From positions 436-64,435 of the forward strand of contig CAVJLG010000058.1 of NCBI GenBank assembly GCA_963650135.1: 64,000 bases of DNA, given 5' to 3'. The position numbers and the translations under genes were made by a program. How positions within the stretch are numbered: position 1 is the stretch's first letter; each line of letters starts with the position of its first letter. This DNA is from Barnesiella intestinihominis (GTDB lineage: Bacteria; Bacillota; Clostridia; Oscillospirales; Oscillospiraceae). The notes under the pieces were generated by a model that was given only the letters and a program-made list of their open reading frames with translations, searched no databases and was not told where the DNA came from. This document shows, in pieces, positions 25,398 through 35,138 of this stretch.

Positions 25398-26405
25398 TTA
25401 TGCCGCAGCGGTCTTTCTTGCTTTCCACTTTGCCGTTGCCCAATTGACGATTTCATGATATACAATGCCAATGCAGGTGCCAATCACCGCAATGAGAATC
25501 CACTTTGCCCAGCCCTGGACCTTCAGCGCCAGGCACAGCTCATAGAAGACCAGGTGGCAGAGATAGATTTCAAAGGATCGGTTCCCCAAAAACGCCCACG
25601 CACCGTTTACCTTCCGGCCCAGGGCATTTTTCTCTTGCCACTCCATGATCTTTGTCAGTCCGAACGCCGTGGCCGGTGTGGAGAAAAAGAACAGGATCCA
25701 ATACATGCCATAGTTCCAGAGATACCTTCTGCCAATCAGGAAAAAGTACGGCACAATTGCCATGGCAACCAGCGCCACAACGGTCCAAACCCATACCTGA
25801 CGGCGGGTGGGCTTTTTCCCCTCATAGAACCGTGCGCCGAAATACATGCCCAGGAAATAGGTGGGGAACCGGGTCACCGCCATCAGCAGGTTGGAGCCCC
25901 AGCCCGCCATAATCACGATAAACAGCGCCGGAAATACCCATACGCTCTTCTTTCCCATCCGTTCGATGCAGTCGAAAAACAGCGGCGACAGCAGATAGAT
26001 CACCAAAATCGCCGGAACATACCAGTTAAACTGCTGCTTCTGCTGGAACCACCAGCCAAGCCCCGTCAGGTTGCCCAGCGCCTGGCCCACAGTCATGTCA
26101 CGCATCAGCATACCCGCCGCGCACCAGGCGATCATCACCGGCAGGAACGACGGCAGCAGTCTTGACAGCCGCCTGCGATAGAACGTATAGGAATCCCGGT
26201 TTTTCTTCAGCGAATGATAAATGCCGAAGCCCGAGACGAACATAAACATCTCCACAGATCCCAGGGTATACCAAATGGTAAAGTTAAGGTCTTCGTAGTT
26301 TTTCAGCCAGCTATGGTAATACAGCAGATGTCCATAGACAACCACCATCACCGCCATGCCCATCAATTGGGACTTATAATGGCTGATTCTCTGATATCCG
26401 TCCAT
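25398..26405 (-). CDS. Acyltransferase family 3 membrane protein, paralog B
   Basis: MDGYQRISHYKSQLMGMAVMVVVYGHLLYY...FMFVSGFGIYHSL. Collinear and highly similar to paralog A. Confidence 0.8.
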   Translation of the reverse strand: MDGYQRISHYKSQLMGMAVMVVVYGHLLYYHSWLKNYEDLNFTIWYTLGSVEMFMFVSGFGIYHSLKKNRDSYTFYRRRLSRLLPSFLPVMIAWCAAGMLMRDMTVGQALGNLTGLGWWFQQKQQFNWYVPAILVIYLLSPLFFDCIERMGKKSVWVFPALFIVIMAGWGSNLLMAVTRFPTYFLGMYFGARFYEGKKPTRRQVWVWTVVALVAMAIVPYFFLIGRRYLWNYGMYWILFFFSTPATAFGLTKIMEWQEKNALGRKVNGAWAFLGNRSFEIYLCHLVFYELCLALKVQGWAKWILIAVIGTCIGIVYHEIVNWATAKWKARKTAAA

Positions 26406-26499
26406 AAAAATCACCCCTGGATTTCTCTCCAGAGGTGATTATAGCAGGAATATGAAGATTTTGCAATGTAAATGTGTAGGTTTTGTGAAGTTCTCCACA

Positions 26500-27900
26500 T
26501 TATTCTTCGTGATTGTTGCAAAATGCCTTCCGATATGCCGTAGGCGTAATGCCCTCATAGCGCTTGAATACCCGGGCCAGCGTCCAGCCGGAATAATAGC
26601 CCACTTTGGATGCAATCTCCGAAATGCCCAGATCCGTCTCGTTGAGCAGCTTCTTCGCCTCGGTCAGCCGGGTGGTATGGAGATAATCCAACAGGTTCAT
26701 GCCGGTATTTTCCTTGAACATCCGGCTGAGATAGCTTCGGGATTTGCCCAGGCAGTCACAGATCATTTCCACCGACAAATCCGGCTCCATATACTTCTTG
26801 CTGATGAGATGGATCACCTTTCCGGTGGTGCCGGTATAATCGGTGGGGGCAACGTTAAAGTGGCTGTCCAGCTTGGCGAAGATCTGGGTCAGGGATTTCT
26901 CCACTTCCTCAATGGTGTTGCAGTGGTCCAGGTGCATAAAATCATCGCCCAGCTTCTTGCCGTCTTCTCCCAGCCCGTCCATAGGCGCGGCCAGAACATT
27001 GCCGGTGGTATGCAGGCGCATATTGAGGAACATCTTCACCCGATCCAGATCCGGCTTACCGTCCTCCATATACAGGCTATGTACCCGCTCCAGAGTCAGC
27101 TCCAGTGCCGTCTGGAAATCCTGGGTCACCAGCGCATTGAGATACTGTTTTTCAATGGACGGCTCCGGGCGGCGATTTCCGGCAATCTTTCCGCCCTCTG
27201 CTCGGACGCAAACCCCGTCCACATATACGGTGTTCATGTCGCCGGAAACGATATCCGTCTCCCGGAAGCACTCATGCAGAGAGTAAAGCCCCTGACTCAT
27301 GCCGCTGACGCAAACCCGCAGTGCAAGGCAGAAGTTATCCTTAATAAACTTTACCGCGTCCCGACAGATGGCCGCCACCTCGGTGGAAACCTCCAGCTCA
27401 TCGTCTGAGGTAAAGTTCAATAAAAAGGCATAGCGGTCATCGAGATTGGCGGGATAGCAGCCGTACCGCTCGCCCAGCAGCTCCGAGAAAATAGAGGAAA
27501 CAATCAGCCCCACCTGGCCGCCGTCGCGGATGTCGCTGGCATAGTCGGCAAAGCTATGCTCTTCTCCGGCAGGCCGAACCAATACTACCATAAACTGCTC
27601 GCCCTCGAAGTGCAGCTCAAACATATTGAGTTTCCGCTCCAGCGCCTCAGACTGCACCAGATGCCCCCGCAGCAGCTTTTCTACCATGAGCTCCTGGGCC
27701 TGATAGGTCCGGTGACGGTATTTCCGCTCCAGGTCCTGATAGCTGTCTTTCATTGCAGTGGGCGCACCCGGATCCATCTTCGGCGGCGCATCATGCCCCG
27801 GACGGACCGGTGACGGCGCAGCGGTGGCAGCAGCCGGTGCCCCAGCCTTTTCGGTGGGCGCAGAAAATAAAGATTCAAAGCGTACAACATCCTGTGCCAT
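26500..27900 (-). CDS. AraC-family transcriptional regulator with a large N-terminal sensor region
   Basis: C-terminus SRSYLSRMFKENTGMNLLDYLHTTRLTEAKKLLNETDLGISEIASKVGYYSGWTLARVFKRYEGITPTAYRK. Confidence 0.8.
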   Translation of the reverse strand: MAQDVVRFESLFSAPTEKAGAPAAATAAPSPVRPGHDAPPKMDPGAPTAMKDSYQDLERKYRHRTYQAQELMVEKLLRGHLVQSEALERKLNMFELHFEGEQFMVVLVRPAGEEHSFADYASDIRDGGQVGLIVSSIFSELLGERYGCYPANLDDRYAFLLNFTSDDELEVSTEVAAICRDAVKFIKDNFCLALRVCVSGMSQGLYSLHECFRETDIVSGDMNTVYVDGVCVRAEGGKIAGNRRPEPSIEKQYLNALVTQDFQTALELTLERVHSLYMEDGKPDLDRVKMFLNMRLHTTGNVLAAPMDGLGEDGKKLGDDFMHLDHCNTIEEVEKSLTQIFAKLDSHFNVAPTDYTGTTGKVIHLISKKYMEPDLSVEMICDCLGKSRSYLSRMFKENTGMNLLDYLHTTRLTEAKKLLNETDLGISEIASKVGYYSGWTLARVFKRYEGITPTAYRKAFCNNHEE

Positions 27901-28096
27901 AGTGGAACCCTCCTGATCGCAGGAATGGATACTTCATCTCCCGCAACCTACAAAATGTATTGTATTCATTATAGCACAAAAGCGCAAAAAGTAAAGTGTC
28001 GCCCCCATAACATACACAGTTTCTCCATAAAACAGTCGATTTTTCCCTCTTTTCAACCGGGTCGGTTTGATGTACAATATGTTTGGAGGTGTCAAA

Positions 28097-28642
28097 ATGA
28101 AACTATTACTCCACATCTGCTGCGCACCGTGCAGCCTTATGTGCATTGAAACGCTGCGCGGGGACGAACTGAACCCCGACGGCTTTTGGTATAACCCCAA
28201 CATCCACCCCTTTACGGAATATCGCTCCCGCCGGAACTGTCTTCGGGACTATTCTCAGGAAATCGGGCTAAAGCTCATTGAAAAGAACGACTATGCCCTG
28301 CGTCCCTTTATCCGAGAGGTTGCCGCCGACATCGATGGCCGCTGCATGAAGTGCTATGAGATGCGGCTGGGCGAAACGGCAAAATTCGCCAAGGAAAACG
28401 GCTACGACGCCTTTACCTCTTCGCTGTTTATCAGCCCCTACCAGCGCCACGAGGCCATGCGCGAGATTGCCCAGGATGCCGCAAACCGCTTTGGCGTGAA
28501 ATTTCTCTATCGGGACTTCCGCCCCTACTTCAAAGAGGGGCAGGAAAAGGCCCGGGAAAAGGGCTTTTATATGCAAAAATACTGCGGCTGTATCTTCTCC
28601 GAGGAGGAGCGCTACCTGAAAGCGAAGAAAATCATTCGCTGA
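28097..28642 (+). CDS. queH: Epoxyqueuosine reductase QueH (DUF208)
   Basis: MKLLLHICCAPCSLMCIE...CMKCYEMRL...YCGCIFSEEER. The start is trimmed to the ATG at 28097, after GGAGG. Confidence 0.85.
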   Translation: MKLLLHICCAPCSLMCIETLRGDELNPDGFWYNPNIHPFTEYRSRRNCLRDYSQEIGLKLIEKNDYALRPFIREVAADIDGRCMKCYEMRLGETAKFAKENGYDAFTSSLFISPYQRHEAMREIAQDAANRFGVKFLYRDFRPYFKEGQEKAREKGFYMQKYCGCIFSEEERYLKAKKIIR

Positions 28643-28750
28643 CCGCACCATCTGGGCGATGACTATGAAAATTGAACAGTGCGTTTTGTATGCCGCCGTG
28701 GTATAATGCAAGTTGAAAACTGGCGTTTTCCCACAGAAGGAGGCTATTCT

Positions 28751-29380
28751 ATGAAAGACGCAATGATTGTCATCGCAAAGTTTAACCAGCTTCAGAACCA
28801 AAAGCTGCTTGCCCTGCTGGATGGGCTCACCGATGAGCAGCGGAAAAAGGACGTTGGCACCAACTATACCTTCGGCTCCATCCACGGTGCGCTGGATCGT
28901 ATGGCCGGTACCCTGGCTATGAGCCTGAATATGCTCAAGGACAACGGCCCGGGAGGCCCTGGTGGCCCCGGTGGCCCTGGCGGTCCTGGTGGTCCGGGAG
29001 GCCCTGGTGGCCCCGGTGGCCCTGGCGGTCCTGGTGGTCCGGGTGGCCCCGGTGGTCCTGGTGGTCCCGGTGGTCCTGGCGGCCCCGGTGGTCCGGGAGG
29101 TCCTGGTGGTCCCGGTGGTCCGGATGCCGGTTCTGCAAAATATGACATTGAGGATTACGAAGCGCTGAAAGCAAAGATTCTGGAAACCGACGCCGCTTAC
29201 GTTGCCGGCTTTGAAGCCATCAGCGAGGAAAAGTGCGTGGCCGGTCCCGGCGTTCCCCTGTACGACATGGTGATGAAAGGAATGTTCATTGCCAACTTTG
29301 TCCGAGGCGCTGTCTGCCAGACTTTGAAGGCCGAATACGGCATTTCCAGCGACCTGATTTCCGGCGCGCTTCTGTCCTGA
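28751..29380 (+). CDS. DinB-like helical-bundle protein with an internal Gly/Pro repeat insertion
   Basis: [53 protein letters not shown] resembles DinB_2-type N-termini, a weak assignment. The GP(GGP)19 tract occupies 28946-29122. The RBS is AAGGAGG. Confidence 0.6.
   Translation: MKDAMIVIAKFNQLQNQKLLALLDGLTDEQRKKDVGTNYTFGSIHGALDRMAGTLAMSLNMLKDNGPGGPGGPGGPGGPGGPGGPGGPGGPGGPGGPGGPGGPGGPGGPGGPGGPGGPGGPGGPDAGSAKYDIEDYEALKAKILETDAAYVAGFEAISEEKCVAGPGVPLYDMVMKGMFIANFVRGAVCQTLKAEYGISSDLISGALLS
28946..29122 (+). repeat. In-frame 9-nt (GGP) tandem repeat, 177 nt, with an exact 45-nt tandem duplication
   Basis: ggaggccctggtggccccggtggccctggcggtcctggtggtccg occurs at 28952-28996 and again at 28997-29041. 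The whole tract encodes G-P-(G-G-P)x19. Confidence 0.95.
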
Positions 29381-29421
29381 TCTTCACTCTTTCCCGATCT
29401 ACACGTTAGGAGGCTTATCAA

Positions 29422-30057
29422 ATGATTGCTGCGCTTTCTCAGGGCACCCTGCAACGGCTGCCGCAATATCTTATCATGCTGAAATCCGAGGCCCATGAAG
29501 GGCACACTGCCGTATCTGCCGATGACATTGGCCAGGTGGTCAAGGTCAGTCCCAGCCAGGTGCGCCACGATCTCAGCAGCTGCGGGGTCAATCGCGCCCC
29601 GGGAGAAAGCTATGACGTGAAGGAGCTCATGGCCCAAGTAGAGCATGCGCTGGGCTATGACGACATCTCCAACGCCGTCATTGTAGGCGCCGGACAGCTG
29701 GGCAGAGCGCTTTTAAGCTATACCAACTACTCCGAATATGGCGTTGACGTGATTGCAGCTTTTGATTCGGATGAATCTCTGGTCGGGCGTGAAATCGGCG
29801 GACGGCCTATTCTGTCCATCAAGCGGATGAGCAGCCTATGTCGGCGGATGAAGGTTCATATCGGCATCATCACCGTTCCTGCGCCCCACGCCCAGGAGGT
29901 CTGCGACAAGCTGCTGGAGGGCGGCATTCAGGCCATCTGGAACTTTGCGCCGGTACATCTCAAGGTGCCGGACAACATCATCGTGAAAAACGAGATCATC
30001 GCCGTTTCTCTGGGTGAGCTGTCCCGACAGCTCCAGGAAAAGCGAAGCGGAAACTAA
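29422..30057 (+). CDS. rex: Redox-sensing transcriptional repressor Rex
   Basis: TLQRLPQYLIMLK..., a winged helix, the Rossmann motif VIVGAGQLGRALL, and GIQAIWNFAPVHLKVP. Confidence 0.9.
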   Translation: MIAALSQGTLQRLPQYLIMLKSEAHEGHTAVSADDIGQVVKVSPSQVRHDLSSCGVNRAPGESYDVKELMAQVEHALGYDDISNAVIVGAGQLGRALLSYTNYSEYGVDVIAAFDSDESLVGREIGGRPILSIKRMSSLCRRMKVHIGIITVPAPHAQEVCDKLLEGGIQAIWNFAPVHLKVPDNIIVKNEIIAVSLGELSRQLQEKRSGN

Positions 30058-30109
30058 AACAATAAGGCAACACCACACAAATATAGTGTTGCCTCGAGAA
30101 ATCAAACTA

Positions 30110-30147
30110 GGCGCGCTGGATAATATATACCAGCGCGTCCTTTTTTC
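30110..30147 (+). terminator. Rho-independent terminator after rex
   Basis: Stem ggcgcgctgg / ccagcgcgtc, a 11-nt loop, then T6. Confidence 0.75.
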
Positions 30148-30210
30148 GTCCTTTTGTTGCATTTACCGCCGCAATATTGTAGAATAAATACAAAAAATGC
30201 GGAGGATATC

Positions 30211-30684
30211 ATGGAACCAGAACTCTTTTCTCAGGCAGGCATGGAGCGCGCCTGCCAAAGATTCAGTGACCGCCTGAATTCCGAAACGGATCAGCGCGGC
30301 CCCAGCTTTAACGTATTTATGCAGAACCATTTCGAGTCCTGCAACTTCCAGACGAAAACACTGCTGCTGTCCTTCCCGGTGACGGAAGCTATGCGGAACC
30401 CCATGGGCGTGATGCATGGCGGCGCTGTGGCAGGCGCATTGGATATTACCATGGGCAGCCTGACCTTCTACTGCTCCGGCGAATTTGTCACCCCCACCAT
30501 CACCATGAACGTCTCCTATGAGCGGCCCATTGCCACCGGAAAGCGTCTGTTTGTGGAGGCCACCTGCCTGTCCTGCGGCAAGACCATGGCCTATGCCACC
30601 GCCCGGGGCTGGATGGAGGGCACACCGGAGAAAACCGTTTGCAGTGCCACCGGCACCTATTATACCGCCAGCGGAGTCCGCTAA
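30211..30684 (+). CDS. PaaI-family hotdog-fold thioesterase (second copy in window)
   Basis: NPMGVMHGGAVAGALDITMG...GKTMAYATARG. The start is trimmed to the ATG at 30211, after GGAGG. Confidence 0.75.
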   Translation: MEPELFSQAGMERACQRFSDRLNSETDQRGPSFNVFMQNHFESCNFQTKTLLLSFPVTEAMRNPMGVMHGGAVAGALDITMGSLTFYCSGEFVTPTITMNVSYERPIATGKRLFVEATCLSCGKTMAYATARGWMEGTPEKTVCSATGTYYTASGVR

Positions 30685-30739
30685 AAAGCTCCCACAAGAT
30701 AACATCCCGACTGCAATTCTCGTGCAGCCGGGATGTTTG

Positions 30740-31954
30740 CTATCTTCCCTTGACATATCGCTTTGCCGCCTGGAGCTCCTGCTCAGTGACGCTGCCCATG
30801 CCGTATTTTACGCGATTATAAGCGTCAATCACCGCATTGGCGTCGGCGCTGTCCTGTTCTCGCAGCTCATTGGGCGTTTTCGTGCAGGCCATGGGCTCTG
30901 TCTGTTCCCGCCGCCGAAGCAGCTGCTGAAAGGCAAAGCGGACTTTCATGGCTGGGCTCTCAAAGTCCTCAAAGCGCTGCTTACGATTGAACCATTTCCG
31001 TCGCTTTCGGATCGGGCGCTCCAGCTGCTCGATTTCGTCGATGTAGTCCTGGCCCTCTGCTTCCTCCCGGGGCCGCTTCTGCCGACGGAGGAGCACTGTC
31101 CCGGCTCCCGCCGCAACGCTCAATAGCAGTACCGCCGTGGCCGTCACCAGCAATATGGTCATTAGCCAGGAGCCCGGGCCGCCGGAATATTGCTCCGGCA
31201 CATAATCGTCGGGCGGTTCCGCGCTGTCGATTCCCTTTTTGAAGTGAAACAGGCTCCGGAGCCATTTTATAAACGCCAGAATTAGCCCCTGAATCCATGT
31301 GAGCACCTTTAGCAGTCCCGGGGCCGACCTTGCGCCAACTTTCCCCAGCGCGCCGGTCAGCTGATCTCCCAGCAGCATCGCCAGCAGTCCCAGCCCCAGC
31401 ATAACCGGCAATAGAATGCACAACAGCATCACACTGTAGCCCAGGATGCCCGACGGATTGTCCAGGTGCCTGACATATTGGTCCTTGAGCTGGGCCTTTC
31501 GCATGGTGCTGGCCCGAAAACCGTCCAGTGTCAGCACCAATCCCAGCAGCATCGCCCCCAACAGCACGCCGGTATACGCGCCCAGAAGATATGCCAGCAC
31601 CAAAATCGCCAGACACCACCAGCCGGTGGGGCCATAATAGCTGTATCCCCCCATGATCGCTGCCCCAGCCGACAGGGCATAGACAATCGCCAGGAAGACC
31701 ATGGCCATTCCATCCTTCAGGCACAGAATCCCCGCCGCAATCGCCGCAAGCATTCCCCCGCACAGCAGCCCGATCATCCATTTTTGTGATTTTTCCAGGG
31801 TAATGGCCCCGATTCCACTGCCCAGTAATCCCGCCGCCACAAACAGTGCAATGTGATACTCCGGCAGCCCCAACAGCCCCGTCAGGAGGATGCCCGCGCC
31901 AAGGCTCCCCAAGCAGCACAGCAGCGCAGTCCGGATTGGCCCCAGCATTTTCAT
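30740..31954 (-). CDS. Polytopic membrane protein with DUF4129-like C-terminal domain
   Basis: The N-terminal half has about 8 TM helices. The cytoplasmic tail is ...TKTPNELREQDSADANAVIDAYNRVKYGMGSVTEQELQAAKRYV. Confidence 0.55.
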   Translation of the reverse strand: MKMLGPIRTALLCCLGSLGAGILLTGLLGLPEYHIALFVAAGLLGSGIGAITLEKSQKWMIGLLCGGMLAAIAAGILCLKDGMAMVFLAIVYALSAGAAIMGGYSYYGPTGWWCLAILVLAYLLGAYTGVLLGAMLLGLVLTLDGFRASTMRKAQLKDQYVRHLDNPSGILGYSVMLLCILLPVMLGLGLLAMLLGDQLTGALGKVGARSAPGLLKVLTWIQGLILAFIKWLRSLFHFKKGIDSAEPPDDYVPEQYSGGPGSWLMTILLVTATAVLLLSVAAGAGTVLLRRQKRPREEAEGQDYIDEIEQLERPIRKRRKWFNRKQRFEDFESPAMKVRFAFQQLLRRREQTEPMACTKTPNELREQDSADANAVIDAYNRVKYGMGSVTEQELQAAKRYVKGR

Positions 31955-31968
31955 CCTCGTCGCCTCCT

Positions 31969-32178
31969 TTACAGGATACCAGCTCGGAGCAGCAGCATGA
32001 CGCCCAGCACCACGCCCAGCAAAATGGCCGCCGCCTTTACTGCCTGCCCCAGATCAAAGGCTTTCCGCTTGGGCGCTTCGTAGTTGAGGTTCTGCTTTTG
32101 GCTGAGATTTTGAGTGGCGCGCAGCGTTACCAACTCCTGCTGGCGCTTCATTTCATCGATATTGATTCCACTGGACAT
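31969..32178 (-). CDS. Small tail-anchored membrane protein (69 aa), hypothetical
   Basis: Has a C-terminal TM helix (AAAILLGVVLGVMLLL). Tightly spaced between two co-directional genes. Confidence 0.4.
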   Translation of the reverse strand: MSSGINIDEMKRQQELVTLRATQNLSQKQNLNYEAPKRKAFDLGQAVKAAAILLGVVLGVMLLLRAGIL

Positions 32179-32214
32179 ACTGTTTCCTCCTTACTGCATT
32201 GTCTGATTGGCGTT

Positions 32215-32859
32215 TTACCACAGAGTTACATGCGCGGTTTTCAACTGCCGCAAAATGTCCTCGGCCTGGCCTTCCGCCGCAGTATCCCCCGTATCCAAAA
32301 CGCAGCCGTAAAAATCGATGGTGTCCAAGCCGATTTCACTCCAGAACGGCGCATCCGTCAGGGACGCTCTGGAGGGACAGCTGGGGTCCGCCAGGCCCTC
32401 CGGCAGCTCCGCGAAGAACTCTGCCTCGCAGTATACCGTTGCCGCGCCCTTGAAGCCGCCGGAGGGTTCATCGGACAGCAGGAACAGGTTGTATTCGCCG
32501 TTTGCCAAATACATTGCCATCCGGTTGAACGCATCGTCGGAATTCTCCCCGGGATTGGCCAGATCGATATTCCCCGAAACGTCCACCAGCTTGAGGGCCT
32601 GAATTTCCACATTTACCGTGCCGTCGCCGTTCACATCCCCAACAATGCCGCCGATCACCGTCTCCAGATCTTCCACCACGTCTTGGCTGAGGCTTTCGCT
32701 GCAAGCAATCACCGCCCGGTAATCCGGCTCCACGGTATTTTGCTTCTTCAGGTAGCTGGTGAGCAGCATTAGGCCGATGAACACCACCAGCACCGCCGCT
32801 CCAATCAGCGTATATTTCTTAATATCGTCCTTCCGCGTCTTACCGTCATAACGTTCCAT
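32215..32859 (-). CDS. Hypothetical N-terminally anchored protein (214 aa)
   Basis: TM helix YTLIGAAVLVVFIGLMLLTSY followed by an acidic soluble domain. GGAGGG RBS. Confidence 0.5.
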   Translation of the reverse strand: MERYDGKTRKDDIKKYTLIGAAVLVVFIGLMLLTSYLKKQNTVEPDYRAVIACSESLSQDVVEDLETVIGGIVGDVNGDGTVNVEIQALKLVDVSGNIDLANPGENSDDAFNRMAMYLANGEYNLFLLSDEPSGGFKGAATVYCEAEFFAELPEGLADPSCPSRASLTDAPFWSEIGLDTIDFYGCVLDTGDTAAEGQAEDILRQLKTAHVTLW

Positions 32860-32932
32860 TGCATTCCCTCCTTGTGATGGTCCTTCTATTTACAACATAC
32901 CGGGTTCATGTGTCCGCGGTGTGTCCCGAAGC

Positions 32933-32974
32933 AAAAAAATACCGCACAGCCTGAATATACAGACTGTGCGGTAT
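32933..32974 (-). terminator. Rho-independent terminator after jag
   Basis: Minus-sense stem ataccgcacag / ctgtgcggtat (11 bp), then U7. Confidence 0.8.
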
Positions 32975-32981
32975 TTAGAGC

Positions 32982-33791
32982 TTATTCTTCGCTGGTAGGA
33001 ACGCTGCGGTACTTGCTGTAAGCCACCACAATTCTCCGTCCAGGCTCCGTGCCGGTGGAGTAGGTAGTTACATCGGGGTAATCCTGCAGCGCTGCATGGA
33101 TCACATGGCGCTCATAGGCATTCATGGGCTCCAGGGTGATGTTCCGATGAGAGCGGACCACCTTGCCTGCCACCTTGTTTGCCAGCCGGATCAGGGATTC
33201 CTCCCGCTTTTTCCGGTAGTTCTCAGCGTCCACGTTGATGCGGACCCGCTTGCCCTGACCGTGGTTCACCGCATAATTGGTGATGTGCTGAATGGCGTCC
33301 AGGGTATCGCCCCGGCGGCCAATGAGCATGCCCAGAGAGCTACCCTGAAGCTCCACGGAATAGGTGTCGTCGCCGGACTTGGTGGCCACGGGAACTGCAT
33401 CCGAGCCCATATGCTCCAGAAGGCCCTTCATAAACGTTTCAATCCGTGCCTCCACGCTGCCCTCGGGTGCGGGGGTATGGGGCTGAGGCGCGGACTTGGG
33501 TGCCTCGGGCTTGGGCTGAGGCTTCGGCTGGGGTTTGGGCTGGGGTTTGGGCTGAGGCTTTTCCTCGGCCTTGGGTGCCGGAACAGGCTCCGGCTTTTTC
33601 TCCGGAACAGGGTCCGGTACTTCATAGGTGAGCTTTACCTTTGCAGGGGTAGCGCCGATGCCAAAGAAGCCGGAACGAGGCTGCTCCAATACTTCTACAG
33701 AGACGCTGTCCCGGTCCATCTGGAGCTTTGTAAGGCCAGCCTGAATGGCCAGATCCAGGGTCTTGCCGGTAGCTTCAATCGATTTGAACAT
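32982..33791 (-). CDS. jag: RNA-binding protein Jag/KhpB (Jag_N-KH-R3H)
   Basis: MFKSIEATGKTLDLAIQAGL...FFGIG..., a (PQPK)n linker, and R3H ERHVIHAALQDYPDVTTYSTGTEPGRRIVV. The start is at 33791, after AAGGAG. Confidence 0.85.
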   Translation of the reverse strand: MFKSIEATGKTLDLAIQAGLTKLQMDRDSVSVEVLEQPRSGFFGIGATPAKVKLTYEVPDPVPEKKPEPVPAPKAEEKPQPKPQPKPQPKPQPKPEAPKSAPQPHTPAPEGSVEARIETFMKGLLEHMGSDAVPVATKSGDDTYSVELQGSSLGMLIGRRGDTLDAIQHITNYAVNHGQGKRVRINVDAENYRKKREESLIRLANKVAGKVVRSHRNITLEPMNAYERHVIHAALQDYPDVTTYSTGTEPGRRIVVAYSKYRSVPTSEE

Positions 33792-33830
33792 AGATATGCG
33801 CTCCTTTATGTGGGGACTGCCCGCAGGCAA

Positions 33831-35105
33831 TCACTGGGAATCGGTAGAATCGGTGCTCTGCTGGGAATCCTCCTCGGGCTCCTTGGCAGGTTCCTGGGCC
33901 TTCTTCCCATAGCGATTGGGATCGTACGCCCGGCCGCGGCAGTAGGGACGATTGGGATCGCCGGACAGTCCGCCCTTTGCCTGCTCTTTTTCCTGCGCCT
34001 TTTTACGGATTTCTTCCTTCTGCTCTTCGGTGAGCTTTCCGAGGCCGTCAAATTCAGAGCTTTCCGCAGCCTTGAGCTGCTTTTTTACCTTCCGGCGGCT
34101 GGTGTTGGGATTGGCAACGCCATCGGGATTGGCGGCACGGCGTTCTGCACGGCGCGCTTCCTTTTCCGCTTCAATGGCAGCCTCTTCCGCAGCCTTTTCC
34201 CGCTTGATCTCGTCCTCTGCGTCATAGACCTTCTTGTAATGGAGGGTCAGCAGGCCGTCAAACAGCGTGCTGAACACCGCCTGTGCAATCCAGTAGATAC
34301 ACATGGAGGCCGGCATGGAGAAGCCGATCCACAGGGAGAAGATGGGCATGATAATCAGCATGGTCTTCATGCTCTGGTTTACCGCAGCGGCAGCATCGGC
34401 GTCCTTCTCACCCTTGTCGTTGGTGGCAACCGAGCCGTTGAGGGCCTGAGAAATCTTAGAGGACAGGAAGTTGCACAGAGCCGAGAGGATGGGGATAATC
34501 CACAGGCCAAAGCCCACCAGGGTATAGGGTCCCTTGAGGATCCAACGCCAGGAGGGAATCTGTGCCAGGTTGATGCCCAGGAAAGTAAAGTCGATGTCCA
34601 TAATATCGGGAACAATGGCGCGGATAGCGTCGATGTTCTGGTGGACATGCTGGGCCAGGACGATTTCCTGATAAGCCTTATTGGTGGTAGAGAGGTCTAC
34701 GCCCATGGTTCCGGTGAGCAGGTCAGAAATCTGGGAAATCTGATCGGTGGAAAGGCCCATGAGGTAGGTCATCGGCTGACGGATGACATAATACAGAGCC
34801 ATCAGCAGAATCAGCGGCAGCAAAGACCACAGGCAGCCGCCGGTGGGGCTGACGTTTTCCTTTTTATAGAGGTTGGAAACCTCCTGCTGATACTTGAGCT
34901 TGTCGTCCCCGTATTTTTTCTCCAGCTCTTTGAGCTTGGGGCCCAGGCGAGAGGTCTTCATCATGCTCTTTTTGCTCTTGGCGTTAAAGGGCAGAAGGAT
35001 CACCTTGGTAATCAGGGAGAACAGAATCAGCGCAACGCCGTAGTTGCCGAATACCTGATACAGGGTCCGCAGCAGCCAGGCAAAGGGGATGAGGATAATT
35101 TTCAT
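33831..35105 (-). CDS. yidC: Membrane protein insertase YidC with a long basic/acidic C-terminal tail
   Basis: NYGVALILFSLITKVILLPFNAKSKKSMMK. GGAGG RBS. Confidence 0.9.
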   Translation of the reverse strand: MKIILIPFAWLLRTLYQVFGNYGVALILFSLITKVILLPFNAKSKKSMMKTSRLGPKLKELEKKYGDDKLKYQQEVSNLYKKENVSPTGGCLWSLLPLILLMALYYVIRQPMTYLMGLSTDQISQISDLLTGTMGVDLSTTNKAYQEIVLAQHVHQNIDAIRAIVPDIMDIDFTFLGINLAQIPSWRWILKGPYTLVGFGLWIIPILSALCNFLSSKISQALNGSVATNDKGEKDADAAAAVNQSMKTMLIIMPIFSLWIGFSMPASMCIYWIAQAVFSTLFDGLLTLHYKKVYDAEDEIKREKAAEEAAIEAEKEARRAERRAANPDGVANPNTSRRKVKKQLKAAESSEFDGLGKLTEEQKEEIRKKAQEKEQAKGGLSGDPNRPYCRGRAYDPNRYGKKAQEPAKEPEEDSQQSTDSTDSQ

Positions 35106-35138
35106 TCGTTACCTCCGGTCGTAACATGCTTTCCGGCG

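Noticed and set aside
30065-30094. Hairpin aggcaacac/gtgttgcct right after rex
   Set aside because: It has a 9-bp stem but no U-tract. The canonical terminator is the next hairpin (30110-30147), so this one is not called separately.
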